The notes: generated by a model from the letters alone, not told the origin. A stretch of 35,976 bases of DNA from Candidatus Aenigmatarchaeota archaeon (GCA_043803505.1 JAZDJX010000009.1:1-35976); one strand, 5' to 3'; numbered from the stretch's first letter, positions 17,256 through 25,771 are shown. A program made the numbers and translations.

Positions 17256-17274
17256 CAGAAAGCAAAGCTTTCTG
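17256..17274. promoter_or_regulatory. 19-nt palindromic element CAGAAAGCAAAGCTTTCTG, 73 nt upstream of the L15e ATG
   Basis: Perfect 8-bp arms with an AAA spacer. 17/19 identical to 16180-16198. Confidence 0.3.
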
Positions 17275-17281
17275 TGGCGTC

Positions 17282-17359
17282 AAAGAACCTTTGGTTCTTT
17301 AGACGTATAGCAAACAAGAAGAATAATATAGAGATTCTTTGTTTTCTTGTTTAGCTATA
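17282..17359. repeat. two further inverted repeats in the divergent promoter region
   Basis: The first is AAAGAACC-TTT-GGTTCTTT at 17282-17300. The second pairs TATAGCAAACAAGAA with TTCTTGTTT(A)GCTATA at 17306-17359. Confidence 0.8.
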
Positions 17360-17429
17360 CCCTTTAAATATCTCTATTCTCAATAAAAAACTATTTAAGA
17401 ATAGCAGAAAATTAAATTGAGGTGATGAA

Positions 17430-17729
17430 ATGCATTCGGCTGTAAAGCTTATAATTGGGATAGTAATCCTATTGGTCGGCATTTACTGGTATGCTGAGCC
17501 AATGTTCGGTGGTAGTGGCATTTCAAAATTCCTCGCTCCTAACACAGACAGTGTCAAGGACATCAGCACATCCGGTGCATTCCGCATTGTATTCTCCGGC
17601 CTTTTCGGCCTGCTGCTGATATTCCTCGGTGCGATCATAGCATGGATAGAATATGAGGACATAAAGTGGGAGATGAGGGAAAAGAAGGAAAGCAAGACAC
17701 ACAAAGAAGAAAAAGCCACAAAGAAATAA
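17430..17729 (+). CDS. small membrane protein (2 TM) with Lys/Glu-rich tail
   Basis: RBS GAGGTGAT. Hydrophobic segments LIIGIVILLVGIYW and FGLLLIFLGAIIAWI. Confidence 0.6.
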   Translation: MHSAVKLIIGIVILLVGIYWYAEPMFGGSGISKFLAPNTDSVKDISTSGAFRIVFSGLFGLLLIFLGAIIAWIEYEDIKWEMREKKESKTHKEEKATKK

Positions 17730-17804
17730 TATGACCAACAGATTTTTTGTTTTTTTATTTCAAAATTATATCGGATAGTTGTTTTTTTGTAGAAAATTCA
17801 TCAG

Positions 17805-18413
17805 TCAAATAATAACATTCATTCTTCTCAGTCCGACCTTTAGTTGTCTTGGATTCCTGAAATGTATGGCTTTCATGCCTGCTTTTCTTGCGCCAATAAC
17901 ATTTATTTTTGCATCATCTATGAAAACGCATTCGCGCGGCTTTAACTTGAGCCGCTTTGCTGCAAGAAGATAAATATTTTTATCAGGCTTTACCATACCA
18001 ACATCACATGAAAGTATAACAGGATTAAAAAATCTGTAGCGCCGCCTTTTTTTATTGTATGCTACATGGTCCTTTATTGTATTTGAAATCATGACAGTCC
18101 TGTAGCCATTTCTTTTCAGACGGATGGCGATATTTATAACATCTTTTCTCATCCTGCTTTTTACTGCATAATTCCTGAGCCATAATGTAGATGCAAGCTT
18201 TCTGTTATATTTGATACCAAGCTTTCTGGAAACACTTTTCCAGAATTCATATTTGTTTATTTTGCCTTTCATAAATTCTGGCTCTATACAAGAAATTGTA
18301 TATTTCAATTTTCTGATATCAGTTTCCAACATACCTGAAAGATACTTGTATGCCATATTCATGGAATAATCCAGAACAACCCCGCCCATGTCGAATATAA
18401 CTGCTTTTATCAT
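17805..18413 (-). CDS. HAD-superfamily hydrolase (subfamily IA-like)
   Basis: MIKAVIFDMGGVV (DxDx motif I), ISNT, FIDDAKINV. Confidence 0.75.
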   Translation of the reverse strand: MIKAVIFDMGGVVLDYSMNMAYKYLSGMLETDIRKLKYTISCIEPEFMKGKINKYEFWKSVSRKLGIKYNRKLASTLWLRNYAVKSRMRKDVINIAIRLKRNGYRTVMISNTIKDHVAYNKKRRRYRFFNPVILSCDVGMVKPDKNIYLLAAKRLKLKPRECVFIDDAKINVIGARKAGMKAIHFRNPRQLKVGLRRMNVII

Positions 18414-18534
18414 AGCAGATTAGTGTAATACTTTGAATAAAAAGGTTTTTTGAATATCAAGAATTAGTCATGAAAGATTTATAAAAATATAACTCATTAT
18501 TGATTCTAAGGAGATTAAAATGAAGCGGAGAAAA

Positions 18535-18771
18535 TTACTTTTTATACAATTGTTCTCTTCTATCCAGTTCAGCAATTAAATTCTTACGGCGTTGTTCATA
18601 TTCATTTAAAATCTTTTGGTTATATTGTTGGATTCCACCATATTTATCCCATGTTTCTGGACGAGGATGATTTTCATCTACTAATTTACCTCGAAATTCA
18701 TCTTTTAATGTAAACAAAGAATTGATCAATTCTCCAAGAGCCATCTTCTTTATTTCCATTTGTTTTAACAT
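18535..18771 (-). CDS. hypothetical small coiled-coil protein
   Basis: TTTAAATA box about 24 nt upstream of ATG 18771. The longer ORF to 18870 has an implausible hydrophobic N-terminus. Confidence 0.4.
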   Translation of the reverse strand: MLKQMEIKKMALGELINSLFTLKDEFRGKLVDENHPRPETWDKYGGIQQYNQKILNEYEQRRKNLIAELDRREQLYKK

Positions 18772-18937
18772 ATTAGTTAAAAGTAAGAATAAGTATTTAA
18801 ATTTTGTTCTGAAGCAATTGAACTTAATATATATGACTATACAAAGTAAGTACATATTGCATAGTTTCATGAAAAATTACATAATAAAAATTTCAAATCT
18901 ATTTATCTCCTTTAGTCCAATTAATTATTGTGATTTC

Positions 18938-20752
18938 ATGCTTGACTACAAGAAACTTGGCTTGCGTGTTGGGCTTGAGATTCACCAACAGCTTGCCAGC
19001 GGACACAAATTATTCTGCAGGTGCAAAATAGGAAAGAGCGCTGAATTTCCACTTGAGGTGAGGCGAAAACTTCGTCCTGCTGCAGGTGAAACTGGCAGTT
19101 ATGATCCAGCATCAGCATACGAATTCTTGCGAAACAGGGCATTTGTTTACAGGTCAGACCCTCAAACATCGTGCCTGGTTGAACTGGATGATGACCCGCC
19201 AAAAAACATAAATGAAGTTGCCCTTGTTACTGCAATAAAAATATGCAGAATGCTTGGCTGCAATGTTCTTGAAGAACTTCATGTAATGAGAAAAAATGTC
19301 ACTGACGGTAGCTCTGTTTCTGGATTTCAGCGCACAATGCTTATGGGAATTGGAGGAAACATAGAGACAAGCTTTGGCAATGTTGGCATACAAACAGTCT
19401 GCCTGGAAGAGGATTCAGCGCCTGTGCTAAAAAAAACTGGTGATGCCATAGAATACAGACTTGACAGGTTGGGAATTCCTCTTGTTGAAATAGCGACTTT
19501 GCCTTCTTTACATTCTCCTGAACAGGTTAGGGAAACTGCTGAAAAAATGGGTGTGTTGCTTCGCAGCGTTGATGTTGTGCGCGGCATAGGCTCAATCAGA
19601 CAGGATGTGAACATTTCAATAGAAGATGGCTCGCGCGTGGAAATAAAAGGGTTTCAGGAACTGGAAAAAATTGAAAAGGTTGTTGAAAACGAGGTCACAA
19701 GACAGGTCAGCCTTCTGGAGATACGAAATGAACTCCACAAGCGCGGTGTAAAGCAAATCGATTCCATCATCGTTGATGCTACAGATATTTTTGCTGCAAC
19801 AAAATATGATTTCATAAGAAAGATTATTGATAATGATGGAATTGTCTTGGCATGCAGCTTCCCATTTTCCGGTTTAATGGGAAAACAATGTGGTGACAGA
19901 ACATTTGGCAAGGAACTATCAGGCTATGCCGAAGCATATGGCTATGGGCTGACACATAGCGAGGAAGCTGAAAAATACAAGCTGACAAATGAATTTGAAC
20001 AGCTGAAAAGAGAGCTAAAGACTGGAGATAGGGGTGTCATAATTATTTTTGCTGGCGAAGATCCAAGAAACGCAGCAAATGCTGTTGTTAGCCGTGCAAA
20101 AGAATGTTTGAATGGCGTGCCAGAAGAGACAAGGGTTTCAGATGACATTGGCTCGAAATACACGCGTCCTTTGCCCGGCTCTGACAGAATGTATCCTGAA
20201 AGCGATATACAGCCAATATCAACAAGAAAATATGAAAACATTGAAACACCAAAAACATTGATTGAAAAAGCGGATGAGCTGAAGAAGAGACTGCCAAATG
20301 AAATTGTTTCCCAGCTTATTTCATCACAGTCATTTCCTCTCTTCGAGGAATTCAGCGAAAAATTTAATATTGATCCGCTTGTTGTTGCGAGAACACTTCT
20401 GTTTACGCTCAAAGAGCTGAAAAGAGGCGGCGTTCCAATAGAAAATATATCAAAATCTGATATTGCAAAGCTATTTGGCCTGCTCGAGGAATCAAAAATA
20501 ACAAAACAGTCGCTGCCAAAAATTCTTGAACTGCTTGCCAAAGGAGAAAAGCTTGAGACAGCTGCTGCGAAGTTTGCAGCCCTCGCAGAAGAAGGAATAA
20601 TTAAAATAATCGAAGATATCATGCTGGAAAATCCTAACAAGAGCGAGCCTGTTCTCATGGGACTGATAATGAATCGTCTTCAGGGACGGGCTGATGGCGA
20701 AACTGTGATGAAGATATTGAGAAAGCTGGTTTCTGAACGATCCGGTATCTGA
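18938..20752 (+). CDS. gatE: Glu-tRNA(Gln) amidotransferase subunit E
   Basis: MLDYKKLGLRVGLEIHQQL N-terminus. About 604 aa with a GatB/YqeY-like C-terminal tail. The upstream in-frame extension to 18722 is rejected. Confidence 0.88.
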   Translation: MLDYKKLGLRVGLEIHQQLASGHKLFCRCKIGKSAEFPLEVRRKLRPAAGETGSYDPASAYEFLRNRAFVYRSDPQTSCLVELDDDPPKNINEVALVTAIKICRMLGCNVLEELHVMRKNVTDGSSVSGFQRTMLMGIGGNIETSFGNVGIQTVCLEEDSAPVLKKTGDAIEYRLDRLGIPLVEIATLPSLHSPEQVRETAEKMGVLLRSVDVVRGIGSIRQDVNISIEDGSRVEIKGFQELEKIEKVVENEVTRQVSLLEIRNELHKRGVKQIDSIIVDATDIFAATKYDFIRKIIDNDGIVLACSFPFSGLMGKQCGDRTFGKELSGYAEAYGYGLTHSEEAEKYKLTNEFEQLKRELKTGDRGVIIIFAGEDPRNAANAVVSRAKECLNGVPEETRVSDDIGSKYTRPLPGSDRMYPESDIQPISTRKYENIETPKTLIEKADELKKRLPNEIVSQLISSQSFPLFEEFSEKFNIDPLVVARTLLFTLKELKRGGVPIENISKSDIAKLFGLLEESKITKQSLPKILELLAKGEKLETAAAKFAALAEEGIIKIIEDIMLENPNKSEPVLMGLIMNRLQGRADGETVMKILRKLVSERSGI

Positions 20753-20790
20753 TATTTAAAATTTAAATACCAGCGAAACAAATAACTACA

Positions 20791-21165
20791 ATGCCATTTG
20801 GAATTCCATTGAGTGTAGGATATTATATAGGGCTGCTTGTCGATGCGCTCATTGTGTTTGTCGTGCTTATCATTGCAGACAAATTAGTGGCGCATAATTT
20901 CGAGATAAAGCGCACATTGATTCTTGCAATTGTTGCACTTTTCCTCACACCAATAATCACAAGCTTTATTGGCACTGCTATTACTTTACCAAGCTTTGTT
21001 TTCATTTATATTCTGCCACTGATTGTCTGGATAGTTTTAGGAGAAATTCTGCTGAAAGAAGCTGGGATTATGGCAAAACTCAAGGTTATTGTAATTGCAT
21101 TCGTGGTTTGGACAATCCTAAACTATGCTGGCATACCTGGAATGCTCATGGCGATGCTGCCATAA
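20791..21165 (+). CDS. integral membrane protein (3-4 TM)
   Basis: Almost entirely hydrophobic 124-aa ORF. Confidence 0.6.
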   Translation: MPFGIPLSVGYYIGLLVDALIVFVVLIIADKLVAHNFEIKRTLILAIVALFLTPIITSFIGTAITLPSFVFIYILPLIVWIVLGEILLKEAGIMAKLKVIVIAFVVWTILNYAGIPGMLMAMLP

Positions 21166-21196
21166 TGACATCCTTTGTATGAGCCATTGAGATGTC

Positions 21197-21260
21197 TTTT
21201 CGAATTCAAACAAACCGACGATGCAAAGCATCGTCTATCCCTTCGGTGAGAATTCAAAAA
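21197..21260. repeat. nested inverted repeats
   Basis: Outer arms TTTTCGAATTC and GAATTCAAAAA. Inner perfect hairpin GACGATGC-AAA-GCATCGTC at 21217-21235. Confidence 0.75.
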
Positions 21261-21330
21261 TAATCATTAATGAATGTAAAAGTGCAAAAACAACGAATTA
21301 TATTCTGAATCACACAAAGCGACCCCTTTT

Positions 21331-21361
21331 AAAGCTTTCGGTATTTAAAGCCGAAACCTTT
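21331..21361. repeat. inverted repeat AAAGCTTTCGG-TATTTAAAG-CCGAAACCTTT
   Basis: 11-bp stem with one mismatch, embedded in three TTTAAAG/CTTTAAA units. Confidence 0.7.
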
Positions 21362-21720
21362 AAATACTTTTCTGTCTTAATTAGTGGTTTGGATATAAAG
21401 CTATGTAATTGCGATTAAGTGACAAATCCATGAAAATTACAGTGTTCGTCTCAAAAAACGACTGAAAATTGAAGCAAAATTGGTGTGGTTTATGGGTGTA
21501 TCAGGAAACAAAGTGCTTAAACAAGCAAAAACAACATTAAGGAATATTGCCTTGACATATGTGACACTAGGCACTATATATGGATGGTCTGACAGAACAA
21601 CTGGTCATTGCAGCGCTGATTTACATTTGGGAATAAAAGAACCTACAAAACTGGAAAGGGTTCTTTATAATTCATTTGCTGAAAAATATTGAAAAATTCA
21701 ATAAGAAATGGTGTGATTTT

Positions 21721-22152
21721 ATGGCAGATAAGAAAAAGATACTTGTAGTGGATGATAGTGATACCTTTGCCGGTTTGATTAAAGATTATTTAGAGCCACA
21801 ACATGAAGTAAGCACAGTGGGTAATGGTATAAGTGGCTTGAATATGCTGCGCTGCGCCGAACCACCCTATGATCTTGGTCTTATTGATTTTGTAATGCCT
21901 GGCATTAACGGTATAAAACTCATAACTATTGCCAAAGGAAAAGAATATGTTAATTGGCATCGTTTTTTTCAGACAGATGAGGATCACAACAGATTTGTAA
22001 GTGCATACAAAGATATCCCGCTGGTTTTGTGTACAAGCACGCCTGACAACATAGATATTTATGATAGTGCAATAAGAGCTGGCGCAACCGAGGTTATAGG
22101 CAAATCCTTTAACCACAAAGATTTTTTTGGAAAATATGGAATAGAGGTGTAA
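21721..22152 (+). CDS. stand-alone response-regulator receiver (CheY-like) domain protein
   Basis: VVDDS, phospho-acceptor D in LIDFVMPG, LCTS, IGKSF. GGTG RBS before ATG 21721. Confidence 0.8.
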   Translation: MADKKKILVVDDSDTFAGLIKDYLEPQHEVSTVGNGISGLNMLRCAEPPYDLGLIDFVMPGINGIKLITIAKGKEYVNWHRFFQTDEDHNRFVSAYKDIPLVLCTSTPDNIDIYDSAIRAGATEVIGKSFNHKDFFGKYGIEV

Positions 22153-22157
22153 TTATT

Positions 22158-23084
22158 ATGGTAGATAAATGTCCTGAATGCGGAAACAAGCGTTTTGTCA
22201 AGGACGCTGAAAGAGCAGAGCAGGTCTGCATGAAGTGCGGACTAGTTTTAGAAGAAAATATAGTTGATACAGGCCAGGACTGGCGTGCGTTCGACCATGA
22301 CCAGGAAAGCAAGCGTGCACGCGCAGGCGCGCCGCTGACTCACAGAAGACATGACAAAGGTCTGACTACTGAGATTGGAAAGAGCACGACAGAAATATTC
22401 AAGGTTCCGGCAAAGAAACGTTCGCAGTTTTTCAGAATAAGGAAATGGCAAAAAAGATTGCTTACAAGCAAGGACAGGAACATGAGCTTTGCACTAAGTG
22501 AGTTGCAGAGGCTTGTTTCATTTCTGGGCTTGCCAAGAACGCTTCATGAAGAGGTCGCAAAGCTTTATGAAATAGCATTGCAGAAAGGCCTCGTTCGCGG
22601 CAGGAGCATTGAAAGCATAATTGCAGCTCTTGTTTATTCTCTCTCAAGAGAATACGAGACACCAAGAACACTGACAGAGATTTCTCAGGCTTCTGGTATT
22701 GGCAAGCGTGAGCTTGGCAGAACATATAGGTATATTTCAAGAAAATTGGATGTCAGAATTCTTCCAGCGAAAGCAGAATCATACATACCAAGGTTCTCTT
22801 CAATGCTCAAGCTGAGCGACAGAACCCAGATGCGTGCTATTGATATTCTCAAGCATGCAAAGAAAAAGGATGTAGTTTCCGGAAAAGGCCCAACAGGCTG
22901 CGCAGCTGCTGCCATATACATAGCTTCTGTTCTTGAGGGCGAGAGGAAGACGCAGCGCGATGTCGCTGATGTGGTCGGTGTCACAGAGGTAACAATCAGG
23001 AACCGCTACAAGGAAATGGCTGAGGCGCTCGAGATAGAGGAAGAGGTCGAGAAGCGCGCCAAGGAAGAGGAAACTACGCAGTAG
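22158..23084 (+). CDS. tfb: transcription initiation factor TFB (TFIIB)
   Basis: N-terminal Zn ribbon CPECG...CMKCG and two cyclin-like repeats. RBS GAGGTG lies inside the 3' end of the receiver gene. Confidence 0.92.
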   Translation: MVDKCPECGNKRFVKDAERAEQVCMKCGLVLEENIVDTGQDWRAFDHDQESKRARAGAPLTHRRHDKGLTTEIGKSTTEIFKVPAKKRSQFFRIRKWQKRLLTSKDRNMSFALSELQRLVSFLGLPRTLHEEVAKLYEIALQKGLVRGRSIESIIAALVYSLSREYETPRTLTEISQASGIGKRELGRTYRYISRKLDVRILPAKAESYIPRFSSMLKLSDRTQMRAIDILKHAKKKDVVSGKGPTGCAAAAIYIASVLEGERKTQRDVADVVGVTEVTIRNRYKEMAEALEIEEEVEKRAKEEETTQ

Positions 23085-23094
23085 GTGGATTTTT

Positions 23095-23997
23095 ATGATA
23101 AATGACAGTAGTGATATGAATCGCCTTGATTTGTATGGGTCATGCCCGTGCGGCAGCGGCCAGGAATATGACGAGTGCGCAAGGCAGTATTTGACGAATG
23201 TCACCATGAAATATATAACAAACATCATTCGGGTTGGAAATAATGCGAGGACTTTGCCGCCAAACTATTATTTGTTTAGTGATAATCATGCCGGTGTTCA
23301 GCTCCTCGGCAAGACAAGTGAAGGGAATTTTGTTTTCATCAGCGCATGGAAAATGCCGAACAGCGATGTGATTGATGAAAGAGCCGGAATAGAAATATAC
23401 AAGACTGCTGTTAATGATTGGGGAAATAATTGGGACAGCATGAAAAAGTTTCTGGAATCCCTTAGATCAAAACAACCATCCCATCCAAAATATCTAAGTC
23501 AACACGGAAACTCATCAATTTTTAATGATGTTATAGATACTGCACTCAATATCGCGGACATGTTAACGGTAGGTCATGAACTTGACTATTCAAAATCCGT
23601 TGACGATCCAGCAAAACCATCTCCAACACAGCCAGATTCAGTTCAATACAAGAAAGGAAGCAAAGAGATTGTGGAAAAGTTTTTGGAGTCCCTCTCAAAA
23701 GAACAACCGGACTTGCCTGCAAAACCGCAAATCATATTCCCATGTAATACAATTCCAACGAGGACGGGCTCCGTGACTCTTGCAAAGGGTTATTATTTTG
23801 AGGATGGATGGCACTTTGGCAGAACAACTGGCACCATTTACCTGATGCATATAGAAAGTCATGAAGGAAGTAAAGGAAGGATTGTTAAAGAATTTTATTA
23901 TGACCCTATTGATGGTAAACACCCTGAAGACGGGATGATTTTGGAAGCAGTTAGAAATGACGTAATAAAAAGGCAGCCGATGGGGATGCAAAAATAA
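23095..23997 (+). CDS. hypothetical protein with N-terminal SEC-C-like metal-binding motif
   Basis: CPCGSGQEYDEC. Internal repeat KFLESL(R)SK(E)QP. GGTGGA RBS. Confidence 0.65.
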   Translation: MINDSSDMNRLDLYGSCPCGSGQEYDECARQYLTNVTMKYITNIIRVGNNARTLPPNYYLFSDNHAGVQLLGKTSEGNFVFISAWKMPNSDVIDERAGIEIYKTAVNDWGNNWDSMKKFLESLRSKQPSHPKYLSQHGNSSIFNDVIDTALNIADMLTVGHELDYSKSVDDPAKPSPTQPDSVQYKKGSKEIVEKFLESLSKEQPDLPAKPQIIFPCNTIPTRTGSVTLAKGYYFEDGWHFGRTTGTIYLMHIESHEGSKGRIVKEFYYDPIDGKHPEDGMILEAVRNDVIKRQPMGMQK

Positions 23998-24009
23998 AGG
24001 TGATATGAA

Positions 24010-24333
24010 ATGGTAAAAAATAATGATGTTTCAGAATATTTTTCGGGTGAAAGAAACACATCACTTTGCCGTGATGCTGGAGAAATTGTAAGGAGTTTTC
24101 GTAATGGAAAATTTCAATATGGTAGGAATGATGTCAGGCTTAGCACTGGTGAGTTGAGGGCTCTTCCGCCTGGATATAGCTTTGTAGAGTCGGGCTCTAA
24201 CCCTATTTTATCTTATGTTAGAGGTCCGAATGGTGAAGAAGTCGCTTCATTTAGCCTTAATGCCACGGGCGAAAATATTCTGAACTCAATTGAAAACCAT
24301 ATGAAAAACAAAACAGGCAAACCTACTGCTTGA
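24010..24333 (+). CDS. hypothetical protein
   Basis: AGGTGAT RBS. Shares the R.LPP.Y segment with the preceding protein. Confidence 0.55.
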   Translation: MVKNNDVSEYFSGERNTSLCRDAGEIVRSFRNGKFQYGRNDVRLSTGELRALPPGYSFVESGSNPILSYVRGPNGEEVASFSLNATGENILNSIENHMKNKTGKPTA

Positions 24334-24355
24334 TTATTTTTATAAGGTAATTTTC

Positions 24356-24697
24356 ATGAGAGATTATGAAAAATTTTTACATGAACCGTGTGGTCATTGC
24401 AAGGAGATGGGTAAGAAAAATGAATATCGTGTGTGTGCTACAGAGCGTTTTCCTTCAATCGCACCTAACAGGGTACATGCAATTTATGGTTTCGGGTTAA
24501 GATTCCCGATTCCAAATCAATGTAAGCTGTATTTTGATGAACAGACTGGTAATTTTATTTTTACGACACCTGCAGATTCAATTATTGGCGCATGGAAAAA
24601 AGGCGACGGAGAAGCCAAATTAAAAATGTTTGTCGATATTGGCAATTATCTCGGAGAAAAACAGGAATCTCGTGACAGACAACTGGGTTTGTTTTGA
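24356..24697 (+). CDS. hypothetical protein with N-terminal Cys cluster
   Basis: CGHC...C motif. The GNFIF...AWKK segment resembles GNFVFISAWK of the 23095 product. Confidence 0.55.
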   Translation: MRDYEKFLHEPCGHCKEMGKKNEYRVCATERFPSIAPNRVHAIYGFGLRFPIPNQCKLYFDEQTGNFIFTTPADSIIGAWKKGDGEAKLKMFVDIGNYLGEKQESRDRQLGLF

Positions 24698-24708
24698 GGT
24701 GATTCAAA

Positions 24709-24945
24709 ATGACATGGAGAAAATCATACCCCACCAAGCGTGTGGAAGAACTTATTGTTGGCGATGTGTTTCCAGATGGTGGGAAGATAACTAAAATTAC
24801 GTGTGTAGGCAACACTTATTCAATACACTTAACTCCTTCTGTATATGGCAATCGTATGAAAGATTCGCTTAACTATGAACGAGGACATGAAATACGCGTT
24901 GTAGAAGAGGCAAAAAAAGGGGCACCTGGAGCTCATAGAAAATAG
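24709..24945 (+). CDS. hypothetical protein
   Basis: GAGGTGAT RBS 5 nt before the ATG. Length 78 aa. Confidence 0.55.
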   Translation: MTWRKSYPTKRVEELIVGDVFPDGGKITKITCVGNTYSIHLTPSVYGNRMKDSLNYERGHEIRVVEEAKKGAPGAHRK

Positions 24946-25084
24946 ATTTTATCACTATCTAAAGCAACAATATTTATAACATCCTTATTGGCAAGTTGTT
25001 GAATATATAAGCTTTTTTCTGCGATATATTTAGAAATGCAAATATTTTAACTTTGCAATATTCTATATGACTAGTGGTGCTAAA

Positions 25085-25771
25085 ATGAAAGCAGTTATTC
25101 TTGCTGCAGGAGAAGGTACGCGGCTCAGGCCGCTAACAAACGACAAGCCAAAACCTCTTGTAAATATAAATGGAAAGCCATTTATTCATTATCTTCTCAG
25201 GAACATAAAAAAGGCAGGCATAAAAAACATAGGAATTGTTGCTGGCTACAGAAAAGAAATGATTGAAGATTTTCTTTCTGGTGCTAAAATCCATGCAAGC
25301 ATCATAGAACAACCAAAGAGGCTTGGCACAGGCCATGCTGTGAAGCTCACAGAGGATTTCATAGACGGTGAGGATTTTATTGTACTCATGGGCGACAATT
25401 TGTACTCCACAGAAGACATAAAGGCGATATCCCGTGAAGACGGCTGTGTTGTTGCCGGTATAAGTCATCCCAAGCCTGAAAAATTTGGCGTCATCGTGGA
25501 GAACAATGGCATTATCAAGGATATTATAGAAAAGTCAAAAGCTCCAACCAGCAACATTATCAATGCAGGATTGTACAAATTCACTATTGATATCTTTCCT
25601 GCGCTGAAAAAAATAAAGAAGTCAGAGCGCGGCGAGTTCGAATTGACGAGCGCCGTGACTGCACTAGCAAAGGCAGGGACAGTGAAGCTCTACACCATGA
25701 AGGACTATTGGCTTGATGTCGGCTGTCTGGACGACATAAAAAAGGTCGAAGAGTTTCTTAAGGGAAAGTAA
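25085..25771 (+). CDS. sugar-phosphate nucleotidyltransferase (NTP_transferase family)
   Basis: ILAAGEGTRLRPLTNDKPKPLV. GGTG RBS before ATG 25085. Confidence 0.8.
   Translation: MKAVILAAGEGTRLRPLTNDKPKPLVNINGKPFIHYLLRNIKKAGIKNIGIVAGYRKEMIEDFLSGAKIHASIIEQPKRLGTGHAVKLTEDFIDGEDFIVLMGDNLYSTEDIKAISREDGCVVAGISHPKPEKFGVIVENNGIIKDIIEKSKAPTSNIINAGLYKFTIDIFPALKKIKKSERGEFELTSAVTALAKAGTVKLYTMKDYWLDVGCLDDIKKVEEFLKGK

Noticed and set aside
18722-18937. In-frame N-terminal extension of gatE
   Set aside because: The canonical GatE N-terminus MLDYKKLGLRVGLEIHQQL begins at ATG 18938. The extension overlaps the divergent small gene and promoter DNA.
19942-20658. 238-aa minus-strand ORF, plus many other antisense ORFs inside infB, metG, gatE, lig, tfb and others
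   Set aside because: They are shadow ORFs opposite well-supported genes. Their Ser/Phe-rich low-complexity translations have no motifs.
21268-21312. Possible C/D-box sRNA (ATGAATG ... CTGA)
   Set aside because: The C box deviates from RUGAUGA. No C'/D' pair or terminal stem is evident.
21221-21692. ORFs 21221..21418 and 21480..21692
   Set aside because: They have no RBS or TATA geometry. They run through perfect hairpins and TATA-like repeats, and their composition is unlike neighbouring genes.
16111-21720. RNase P RNA, SRP RNA or 5S rRNA in the long spacers (searched because Rpp30 and Pop5 are encoded here)
   Set aside because: I could not find the CR-I (GGAAAGUCC) and CR-IV/V signatures together. 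Only isolated partial matches turned up (AGGAAAGTTT at 16133, ACAGAA at 17255 and 21591). The spacers are too AT-rich and too short for the known RNA types. A covariance-model scan is still needed.
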